DNA from: Neisseria sp. GT4A_CT1
GTDB lineage: Bacteria > Pseudomonadota > Gammaproteobacteria > Burkholderiales > Neisseriaceae
Direction of reading: 5' to 3'
Assembly: GCF_000227275.1 (NCBI RefSeq)
Contig: NZ_JH164965.1
Span: forward strand, 1 to 26,800
DNA length: 26,800 bases
Position 1 is the first letter of the stretch; each line of letters opens with the position of its first letter. Both the position numbers and the translations under genes were made by a program. Under the pieces are notes generated by a model. The model ran no database searches and was not told the DNA's origin. It was given only the letters and a program-made list of their open reading frames with translations. Of the stretch, positions 1 through 6,322 are shown piece after piece.

Positions 1-368
1 GAGCGGGTGTTGCGCCTCAGTGTTGGTACGGTTTGGTCTTTGTCCTTTTCGGTCTGTTTTTGGCTGAGGGCTTTTAACTCCTTTAGGTAGGCGACCTTTG
101 CGCGCATATAGCACAACTCTTCGATAAGCTCTGCCTGTGTTTTTTCGTGGTCGGGTTTATCTGCGATGAAGGGGTTTTTGCGGTGTTGGGGCATGGTTTT
201 GGATTGGGGATGTTCGAGTGCGCCGATACCGCCTTCTTGATAGGCGCGTATCCATCGTCTCAGGTGGGTTCGGGAAATGCCGTAGTGGTCTGCGGTACGT
301 TGTTGGCTGCGTATATGCAGGTAGTGGAGTACGGCTTGGTATTTGAAGTGTAATGTATATTTGCTCAT
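1..368 (-). CDS. IS3-family transposase OrfA (helix-turn-helix), N-terminal 122 codons; partial, runs off the window
   Basis: My own translation from ATG 368 gives MSKYTLHFKYQAVLHYLHIRSQQRTADHYGISRTHLRRWIRAYQEGGIGALEHPQSKTMPQHRKNPFIADKPDHEKTQAELIEELCYMRAKVAYLKELKALSQKQTEKDKDQTVPTLRRNTR with no stop. The HTH segment HYGISRTHLRRW and the leucine-rich tail match the IS3/IS150 OrfA layout. It is absent from the ORF track because it is open at the edge; the track's 157..381 ORF is a different frame. Confidence 0.75.
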   Translation of the reverse strand, partial: MSKYTLHFKYQAVLHYLHIRSQQRTADHYGISRTHLRRWIRAYQEGGIGALEHPQSKTMPQHRKNPFIADKPDHEKTQAELIEELCYMRAKVAYLKELKALSQKQTEKDKDQTVPTLRRNTR

Positions 369-424
369 AAAAAAACTGCACCTTGTGAGTTGGAGGGGAT
401 GTCCAACTTTTGGGGTGCAGTTCA
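1..424 (-). mobile_element. Terminal ~424 bp of an IS3-family (IS150-group-like) insertion sequence; the rest lies beyond the left window edge
   Basis: Read on the minus strand from 424, the sequence starts TGAACTGCACCCCAAAAGTTGGACA. This is a TG-initiated terminal inverted repeat of the kind I recall for IS150-type IS3 elements. It lies 56 nt upstream of the OrfA ATG at 368. An internal palindrome ACTGCACC (375-382) / GGTGCAGT (414-421) is present. Confidence 0.7.
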
Positions 425-427
425 CGT

Positions 428-439
428 TTCAGACGACCT
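428..439 (-). repeat. DNA uptake sequence, AG-mucDUS dialect (TTCAGACGACCT = reverse complement of AGGTCGTCTGAA)
   Basis: Exact 12-mer immediately outside the IS end. Other exact single copies are at 12414-12425 and 19069-19080 (intergenic) and at 12903-12914, 14183-14194 and 26568-26579 (inside genes). Confidence 0.9.
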
Positions 440-527
440 TATATATTTCGCTTCCGTTAAGGGAGCGTAAAACACATTTAGAACCCCTTGACAAATTCGA
501 TTAACCGACATTTGAGAGGGGTCTAAA

Positions 528-1460
528 ATGTTTTTACAGCAACAGATTGAGTTTCAGCAGCAAGCGGACGCGAAGCGTGCCGCGCTTCCTTGTCTAAATA
601 GTAACAACTGCATTGACGTAAAAAATACCAATGTAATCAAGGAAAAGCAAAAACCCGCAAACATAGAAAAATACCTGCCGAACACAGCAAAACCCGAATT
701 CAACGAATTTTCCACTTCACACAAGAAATCCGCCGCCGCCCTAGAGATGAATGTACGCCAGTTCATCGAAGTCTTCGGAATTGAAAAGGTCGGATTCCTT
801 ACCCTCACATTTGCCGACGACGTACAAGACGTCAAAGAGGCAAGCCGCCGCTTTCACAGCCTGCGCACAAACTTTCTTAAAAAGCATTTCGAACACTATG
901 TCTGTGTATACGAGCGCATGAAAAGCGGTCGTATTCACTTCCATCTTATCGTCAACACCCGCGAAGACATCCGCCGCGGTCTGAATTTCCAACAAATTCA
1001 AGCTCGTAACTATACAAGTGCAAATAAAAATCTGCGTCAGCTTTGGCAAGTCCTCCGTGAAAACATGGAAAAGTACGGATTCGGACGATCCGAACTGCTG
1101 CCCGTCAAAACCAACAGCAAAGGACTTGCCCGCTACGTCGGCAAATACATCGCCAAACACATTGATAGCCGTCTGCCTGAAGACAAAGGCTACCGCCTTA
1201 TTCGTACAACCATAGACAAAAAACAGTTGTGGAAGATAGCGAACAGCAATTTTTCGTTTGTATCCGCAGGTTCGCGCCAGTGGCGCGAGAAGCTGCAAAA
1301 GTGGGTTATCTGCATTGAACCCCTTTTACAGGCGCATGCCGAGCTTTTCTACGAAAGAAAGCCTAAAAAGATTACAGAGGACAATTACAACGCCGTCCTA
1401 TCAGCCCTTTTAAGCCCGAAATGGGCGTTTTATAACCGAGAAACCATCATCAATATGTAG
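528..1460 (+). CDS. Phage rolling-circle replication initiator (HUH endonuclease superfamily)
   Basis: ATG with RBS GAGAGGGG upstream. Rep motifs are FLTLTF (motif 1), RIHFHLIV (HUH, motif 2) and ARYVGKYIAKH (catalytic Tyr, motif 3). It is the first gene of the inovirus module. Confidence 0.8.
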   Translation: MFLQQQIEFQQQADAKRAALPCLNSNNCIDVKNTNVIKEKQKPANIEKYLPNTAKPEFNEFSTSHKKSAAALEMNVRQFIEVFGIEKVGFLTLTFADDVQDVKEASRRFHSLRTNFLKKHFEHYVCVYERMKSGRIHFHLIVNTREDIRRGLNFQQIQARNYTSANKNLRQLWQVLRENMEKYGFGRSELLPVKTNSKGLARYVGKYIAKHIDSRLPEDKGYRLIRTTIDKKQLWKIANSNFSFVSAGSRQWREKLQKWVICIEPLLQAHAELFYERKPKKITEDNYNAVLSALLSPKWAFYNRETIINM

Positions 1461-1483
1461 CGAAACCCGTAACCGTTGATTTT

Positions 1484-1578
1484 GGTTCGGGGGCGGGATG
1501 GGCGCGAAACCGCACTTGCGAAGCAAGGCGAACGGCGCAAGCCGTGTGTGAGCGCCCCTCCCGTCCCGCCCCCGAACC
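1484..1578. other. About 95-nt GC-rich branched palindrome between Rep and ssb genes; candidate phage replication origin element
   Basis: The outer stem GGTTCGGGGGCGGGA (1484-1498) pairs with TCCCGCCCCCGAACC (1564-1578). Inside are two small hairpins, CTTGC-gaa-GCAAG (1515-1527) and CGGC-gcaa-GCCG (1533-1544). AACCGTTGA direct repeats flank it at 1471-1479 and 1575-1583. Confidence 0.45.
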
Positions 1579-1621
1579 GTTGAATACCAGCAACCCCGAC
1601 CTTAAAGAAAGGAAAAACATC

Positions 1622-1891
1622 ATGTCTCAAGAAACCGAACGCAAACAAGGTATTTTCGTCATTGCCGCATTTGACCGCATGTTCACACGCGAACGCAAAA
1701 ACCAAGACGGCACATTCAGCAAAACCCACTATGTCGGTCTGATTATCCGTTCAGACACAGAAACCCGCCTTTGCGAAGTTCGCACAAAACATCCCGAAAA
1801 GTACGAGCAGTACAAACCGCAGCAAATCGTCTCCATGCAAGTGTTTCCCCGTGCATTTAAAGACAAAATCTACTATTCGGACGAAGCATAA
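1622..1891 (+). CDS. Small phage protein, probable ssDNA-binding protein (gene V analogue), 89 aa
   Basis: The track ORF 1544..1891 begins at an alternative start inside the GC-rich palindrome. An internal ATG at 1622 has RBS AAAGGAAAAAC. Its size and its position directly after Rep are as in filamentous phages. Function is assigned by position and size only. Confidence 0.5.
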   Translation: MSQETERKQGIFVIAAFDRMFTRERKNQDGTFSKTHYVGLIIRSDTETRLCEVRTKHPEKYEQYKPQQIVSMQVFPRAFKDKIYYSDEA

Positions 1892-1982
1892 ACCAGTTTC
1901 AGGGGTTCGGCGGTGTCCCCTGAATTGACCCCGAAACACCGCCACAACTACTTTTTATCAACATTTCGTAAAGGAAAACAAA

Positions 1983-2204
1983 ATGAACCTGAAACAAAAA
2001 CTGCAATACGCCGTCGCCGGTGCTTCCGTTGCCATCATGTCTTTGCCTGCAATGGCAGAAGACATCGCATTGGTAACAGCCGCCAAAGCTGAATTGGCAA
2101 GCGCGAAAGACGGCGTTTCGTCTATTGGCGCGGTTGTGATCGGTGTTGCTGCTGCAATGGTCGTTGTTGGTCTGATTATCAAAGCAGTACGCAAAGGCGG
2201 TTAA
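1983..2204 (+). CDS. Major coat protein (pVIII-like), 73 aa
   Basis: It has a signal peptide ending PAMA-ED, an amphipathic Ala-rich segment, a hydrophobic helix IGAVVIGVAAAMVVVGLII and a basic tail KAVRKGG, which is the classical inovirus coat layout. RBS AAAGGAAAAC lies upstream. Confidence 0.8.
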   Translation: MNLKQKLQYAVAGASVAIMSLPAMAEDIALVTAAKAELASAKDGVSSIGAVVIGVAAAMVVVGLIIKAVRKGG

Positions 2205-2209
2205 TAGCA

Positions 2210-2515
2210 ATGGGTTATCAAGTCGGCCGTGTCTGCCATTTCACACACGAAGCAGCGACAAACGACGTGATGACCCATGTAGTGCCGACAATAGACAAAG
2301 ACGGGGTGCTGCATCACCCCGTTTTTAACGGCTCTACATGGCAGTATAACGAACAGCAAGTCAAACTGACCTTTCCCGATTGCGACCCGATGGAATATCA
2401 GAAGTTGGGCAAAGAGATAGGTCTGATGTGCGTTTCAATCGTCGCCACGGTATTTGTCGTCAACCTAATCTACAAATTCATATTATCCACGAGAGAAAAG
2501 AGTAATGAAGAATGA
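2210..2515 (+). CDS. Phage hypothetical protein with C-terminal TM helix, 101 aa
   Basis: The ORF sits between the coat and adsorption genes and overlaps the next gene by 11 nt. It has a C-terminal hydrophobic segment LMCVSIVATVFVVNLIYKFIL. I recognised no other motif. Confidence 0.55.
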   Translation: MGYQVGRVCHFTHEAATNDVMTHVVPTIDKDGVLHHPVFNGSTWQYNEQQVKLTFPDCDPMEYQKLGKEIGLMCVSIVATVFVVNLIYKFILSTREKSNEE

Positions 2516-4337
2516 TACCCGAAGCAATGTTCATCATCGGCATACTGCCTTATGCCTTGCTCTGTCTGCTGCTTTATTCGCTGCTCCTGTAAGTGCAGAA
2601 GTAGGACTGCCCCCGCCGGCACAACATCAGGGGGCGGGCTTTCCGTCTGAGCAAGCCTTGAGACAAAAAGGCTACGACCCGAAAACGGGCGTATGGAGCG
2701 TGCAAAGTCAAAACAACGGCAGACCGACCGTAACCAAGTCGGGCGATTCAATTAAAGGTAGTCAGTCGAAAACCATAACCGCAACGGGCAATTATGGAGA
2801 AAAAGCAACGATTCGGACGACACAGACGCAAAGTGTAAATATTCCAAAAGTAGAAAAGATTGCTGGTGGCACGCTAGCAGGTTTAACTGCCGCAGGTGGT
2901 GCGATTGGTTCAGATTTTGCTGCAAGAGCTTATAAACAAGCTCAGAATGGTGACTGGAGTGGCGCAGCTAGAGAAGGATTTGGAGCAGTTTTGGAAGGGT
3001 TGTCTAAACTTGATTTTACGGGTTTTGGTAGTGGAGTAAATCAGTTTTTTGATAAAACAGGTATAAGACCTAACTCTTCGTCAGGGCAACTCGCACAAGC
3101 AGCACAACAGGCAGCAACTGCCCAAGCCCAAGCCGAACAAAGCGGTCAATTAGGCGAAGCAATCGCCGCAGCAGCCGCTAAAAAGGCAGCCGAAGGCGCA
3201 GCCAAAGCAGCAAAGCAGGCGGAAGGATGGACGACATCAGGAAAAATGCTTGCCGAAGCCTCAAAGAACAAAGACGGTAGCTATTCGCAGCTTTATTTAA
3301 GACGTGTCGATATTGGTTCAGGTTCTAATGTTAGACCAAGACCTAATATAGAAGGCTATGCTTGGGTAATAGATAGATACAATGGTTCTTATAATTGGGG
3401 ATATTGTCAGGGTGGGGCTTGTAAAGGGTGGTATAAAGGCAGTCTCCCTGAAGGTTATGACAAAGTTGCAGGATACGTCTATACACCAATCACAAACGAC
3501 GCCCAGCTACAAGATGCTCGAGCAAAAGTAACCTCTCAAACGCCTGCGGAGCAGCAAAAAATCATTAAAGAAATGACGCTCAATCAAAAGGACATCAAAG
3601 ACATATTAGAGCGTATGTTGAATAACCAACAGACCAATCATGCCGAACTGATGAATCAGTTGTCCAAAATTGGCGATTCCGTTGAAAAATCGACGGTTTC
3701 AAATGAATTTACCCCGATGACCGCCGATTCAGCACCCTACACCCCGCAGGGCAGCAATACACCTCAACAAACACGATTCATGATAAATAGAGACGGTTCG
3801 ATTACGACAACCATTATTCCGCGTCCTGATCTGAAACCAAATTCCACGCTTGCACCGACACGCAGCGAAATCATACCGACACCGAATAAAGGACAGAACA
3901 CACCGACAACACCCAATAGTCCGAATACGCCTATAACGCCCGACAGTCCGAATGCACCGACGACGCCGAACAGTCCGAATACGCCGAATCAGCCGAACAG
4001 TCCGACAGGGCAGCAAAATCAAAATCAAGAGAATCAGCAGCAGAATTTTTGTCAGCAAAACCCGAATGCTGCGCAATGTATGCCGGGTGGCGATGCGAGC
4101 TATGAAGACATCGTCTTGCCTGAAAACACAATAGATTTAGATTTTAGACCTGAAAACGTCTTCCAAACCGAAGGCGTTTGCCCGCAACCGAAAAGCGTGG
4201 ATTTAGGCGCATTTGGGCAGGTCGAATTCAGCTATCAGCCGCTTTGCGACTTTGCCGCAAAATTGCGACCCGTCCTAATCATGATGACCATTCTAACCTG
4301 TGCATGGTTCGTCTATGGCGCATTGGAGGAGCTATGA
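2505..4337 (+). CDS. pIII-like adsorption / minor coat protein (TspB-like position in Nf/MDA phages), 610 aa
   Basis: It has a signal-like N-terminus ending in VSA-EV, an Ala/Gln-rich linker, a proline-rich TPNSPN repeat linker, a Cys-containing C-terminal domain and a terminal membrane anchor VLIMMTILTCAWFVYGAL. It is the largest gene and follows the coat gene, as for gene III. Confidence 0.65.
   Translation: MKNDTRSNVHHRHTALCLALSAALFAAPVSAEVGLPPPAQHQGAGFPSEQALRQKGYDPKTGVWSVQSQNNGRPTVTKSGDSIKGSQSKTITATGNYGEKATIRTTQTQSVNIPKVEKIAGGTLAGLTAAGGAIGSDFAARAYKQAQNGDWSGAAREGFGAVLEGLSKLDFTGFGSGVNQFFDKTGIRPNSSSGQLAQAAQQAATAQAQAEQSGQLGEAIAAAAAKKAAEGAAKAAKQAEGWTTSGKMLAEASKNKDGSYSQLYLRRVDIGSGSNVRPRPNIEGYAWVIDRYNGSYNWGYCQGGACKGWYKGSLPEGYDKVAGYVYTPITNDAQLQDARAKVTSQTPAEQQKIIKEMTLNQKDIKDILERMLNNQQTNHAELMNQLSKIGDSVEKSTVSNEFTPMTADSAPYTPQGSNTPQQTRFMINRDGSITTTIIPRPDLKPNSTLAPTRSEIIPTPNKGQNTPTTPNSPNTPITPDSPNAPTTPNSPNTPNQPNSPTGQQNQNQENQQQNFCQQNPNAAQCMPGGDASYEDIVLPENTIDLDFRPENVFQTEGVCPQPKSVDLGAFGQVEFSYQPLCDFAAKLRPVLIMMTILTCAWFVYGALEEL
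3899..4015 (+). repeat. Imperfect in-frame tandem repeats (about 27 nt units) encoding (T/A)PxTP(N/D)SPN
   Basis: The peptide reads TPTTPNSPNTPITPDSPNAPTTPNSPNTPNQPNSPT. The DNA has recurring CAGTCCGAAT and ACGCCGAA blocks. Confidence 0.7.
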
Positions 4338-4618
4338 ACTGGGGCAGTTTGATAACAGCAGTATTAATGTCTGTGGCGGGCAGAATATTGACCGCCATAG
4401 GGCTTTCTTTCGTAACAGTGGCGGGATTTCGCCAGTTGCAATCCTATTTCATCCAGCAGGTTCAAAGCCATATTGGCGGTTTCCCTGAAGACGCTCTGCA
4501 AATCGTCTACATCATGGGTTTCGGCGTCATGCTGAATTGGATATTCGGCGCATTCACATTTATAGCAACGATAAAGGGCTTTAAGAAACTGTCCACTATC
4601 GTCAAAAGCGAGGGATAA
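4334..4618 (+). CDS. pVI-like minor coat / membrane protein, 94 aa
   Basis: The ATG at 4334 overlaps the upstream stop (ATGA) and is preceded by RBS GGAGGA (4325-4330). The protein has three hydrophobic helices. The track's 4178 start is an upstream extension overlapping the pIII-like gene. Confidence 0.6.
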   Translation: MNWGSLITAVLMSVAGRILTAIGLSFVTVAGFRQLQSYFIQQVQSHIGGFPEDALQIVYIMGFGVMLNWIFGAFTFIATIKGFKKLSTIVKSEG

Positions 4619-4621
4619 AAA

Positions 4622-5803
4622 ATGCTTTACCTATATACAGGCGTTCCCGGTGCGGGAAAAACATTGTATGCGGTTTCAAACCTTGTCAAACGCAAAGACT
4701 TTAAAGACCGTCCCATCTTCGTGGACGGAATCAAAGACCTAGACCACGACAAAATAAACTACTTCGATATACCAGAAGGCGAAAGCATTCAGACATGGTC
4801 GAAGTGGGCGCCGCCGGGCGCGATTATCGTTGTTGACGAATGCCAACGCATATTCCGCCCACGTCCAAGCGGCTCGAAAGTACCCGACTACGTCGCCGAA
4901 CTCGAAACACACCGACACCGTGGTCTTGATTTCATCCTGATAACCCAACATCCCCGCCTGATAGACGTCCATTTGCGCGGACTGATAGAACATCACACGC
5001 ATTTAGGGAAGACCAATCTAGGGCTTCGTCGTAAGATGGAATGGACGACAGGCGGCGCAAAAGACCCTGAAAGCAGGGCAAACATCAGGGAAGCCCTAAT
5101 CAGCGTGTACAGGCTTGATAAAAGCGTGTATGGGTTGTACAAGTCCGCCGAAGTACACACCAAAATCAGGACGAAAAAAAGCAAACTTTTAATGCTGTTC
5201 CCGCTCGCCCTATGCCTCGTCGGTTATGGCGTTTGGTCGTTTACTGGATTTTGGGGCAAGTTCTCGGGCGAAGAAGAACGAGCGAAGACGGCACAGGCAC
5301 ACGTTGCCGCGCCAGCGGCAAGCCCCGAAGCGCAGGCGGCAGCCGCTCCCGCGGCGGACGACGGCGCAGCGGGGCGGTACGCAGCCGCAAAAGTGCAAAC
5401 GCCGTCAGAACCGCCAAAGCCCCATCTGACTGAAGAAGACTATCAGCCCCGTATCGCCGAACGTCCCGAAACCGCCCCGATATACGACGGCATGAACAAA
5501 GCCGTCAAAGTCATGCCGTGGCCTGCCGCCTGTATCAAAGCAGAGAACCGCTGCACCTGCTATACCGACCAAGGCACGAAGATTAAAGACATCGGCAAAC
5601 AAACCTGCTTGAACTACGTCAAAGACGGATTACCATTTAACCCCTACAAAACGCAGACGGCAGAAGCCGCAAAACCGTTGCAGACCGCATACACGCCTGA
5701 CGCACCGCAGGTCTTGACAATGGGCGGTGCCAGCCCGCAAAATTTGATGTATGACGGATACAACGATAAAGCCCTGACGAATGTGGGCGGAAAGGTAAAT
5801 TGA
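4622..5803 (+). CDS. Zot-like / pI-type phage assembly NTPase
   Basis: It has an N-terminal Walker A GVPGAGKT, a Walker B-like IIVVDECQ, a central TM helix LLMLFPLALCLVGYGVWSF and an Ala/Pro-rich periplasmic C-terminal domain. RBS GAGGGA lies upstream. Confidence 0.85.
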   Translation: MLYLYTGVPGAGKTLYAVSNLVKRKDFKDRPIFVDGIKDLDHDKINYFDIPEGESIQTWSKWAPPGAIIVVDECQRIFRPRPSGSKVPDYVAELETHRHRGLDFILITQHPRLIDVHLRGLIEHHTHLGKTNLGLRRKMEWTTGGAKDPESRANIREALISVYRLDKSVYGLYKSAEVHTKIRTKKSKLLMLFPLALCLVGYGVWSFTGFWGKFSGEEERAKTAQAHVAAPAASPEAQAAAAPAADDGAAGRYAAAKVQTPSEPPKPHLTEEDYQPRIAERPETAPIYDGMNKAVKVMPWPAACIKAENRCTCYTDQGTKIKDIGKQTCLNYVKDGLPFNPYKTQTAEAAKPLQTAYTPDAPQVLTMGGASPQNLMYDGYNDKALTNVGGKVN

Positions 5804-5961
5804 TGAATGCGGGATTGGCGTTTTTTTTAGGGATATGGGCGGCAACGACTTATGAGCGCAAAGGCTGGCGCGGATTTTTAAAATATTTTGTTCTACCGAT
5901 GTTTTTAGTATCATTGATAGGCGCAGCAGCAACCGTATATTTAGCCCAATCGCACACCTAG
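5803..5961 (+). CDS. Untracked small phage membrane protein, 52 aa
   Basis: My own translation is MNAGLAFFLGIWAATTYERKGWRGFLKYFVLPMFLVSLIGAAATVYLAQSHT. The ATG overlaps the zot stop (TGATG), and the protein has two hydrophobic segments. It falls below the track's length cutoff. Confidence 0.45.
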   Translation: MNAGLAFFLGIWAATTYERKGWRGFLKYFVLPMFLVSLIGAAATVYLAQSHT

Positions 5962-5968
5962 CCACAAG

Positions 5969-6043
5969 TCAAGGGGAGGGCGTCCAGAAAGATTTGTAAA
6001 GACGGCTTTATCGTCTTTATAAATCTTTTTGGATACCCCTTGA
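5969..6043 (+). other. 75-nt imperfect hairpin; candidate phage packaging signal or terminator of the morphogenesis operon
   Basis: TCAAGGGG..TCCAGAAAGATTTGTAAAGACG (loop gcttta) CGTCTTTATAAATCTTTTTGGA..CCCCTTGA. About 30 bp pair, with two mismatches and one bulge. Confidence 0.4.
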
Positions 6044-6322
6044 CGCTAACCCACCCAAAGACGCTACCCGCAAGGGGTGGGGTGTGTTTTTTACCCCACC
6101 CCCTGCCACGTGGCGAACGTCGCCGAAGGCAAAAAGAGTCCCAAGCCCTGAGCGGGAAACCCTCCCTTTCAGGGGTTCGGATTCATGACCCGAACCGCAG
6201 CCCGCGACTTCCGAAGCACGACCAAAGCCACAGCTTGGGAAAAAGATAGAAGCGCGGGCTTTCGTACATACTCAGTTTGAACACTATACAAGGCTGCGAG
6301 CCTGAATAAATAAGGCAAAACA
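6044..6322 (+). ncRNA. Candidate structured non-coding RNA (bridge/guide-RNA-like) upstream of the IS110-family recombinase
   Basis: Hairpins are GGGGTGGGGT (6074-6083)/ACCCCACCCC (6093-6102), GGCGA-acg-TCGCC (6111-6123), GGTTCGG (6174-6180)/CCGAACC (6190-6196) and GGCT-gcg-AGCC (6292-6302). Long-range complements are AGCCCGCG (6199-6206)/CGCGGGCT (6253-6260) and CCCAAGC (6140-6146)/GCTTGGG (6233-6239). There is no credible ORF. Whether it is transcribed is unknown. Confidence 0.25.

Noticed and set aside
449-467. Possible attachment-site palindromes: CGCTTCC-gttaa-GGGAGCG at 449-467 and CTTTCCTTAAATTTTTAAGGGG at about 7380-7400, both sharing TTCC..TTAA..GGG
   Set aside because: The resemblance is short and AT-rich. 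I cannot distinguish it from chance without an empty-site comparison. Neither matches the dRS3 consensus ATTCCC-N8-GGGAAT.
741-1298. 185-aa minus-strand ORF, plus ORFs 554-835 and 1018-1215, inside the Rep gene
   Set aside because: They overlap a gene with all three rolling-circle Rep motifs and have no independent support.
1544-1621. Upstream extensions of track ORFs: 1544 for the ssb-like gene, 4178 for the pVI-like gene, 10603 for the MFS gene and 23148 for the TetR gene
   Set aside because: Each extension starts inside a palindrome or an upstream gene. Each lacks an RBS, while an internal ATG has a good one.
3729-4134. ORFs in alternative frames across the proline-repeat region of the pIII-like gene
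   Set aside because: They are repeat-driven Arg/Ile/Leu-rich frames, an artefact of the tandem repeat.
5210-5433. Arg-rich ORFs in other frames within the Ala/Pro-rich part of the zot-like gene
   Set aside because: They are GC-rich low-complexity shadow frames.
6040-6249. 69-aa ORF (TTG start) inside the structured leader upstream of the recombinase
   Set aside because: The peptide is Arg/Pro-rich, and there is no RBS. Its codons coincide with stacked hairpins, so it is more plausibly RNA/DNA structure than coding sequence.
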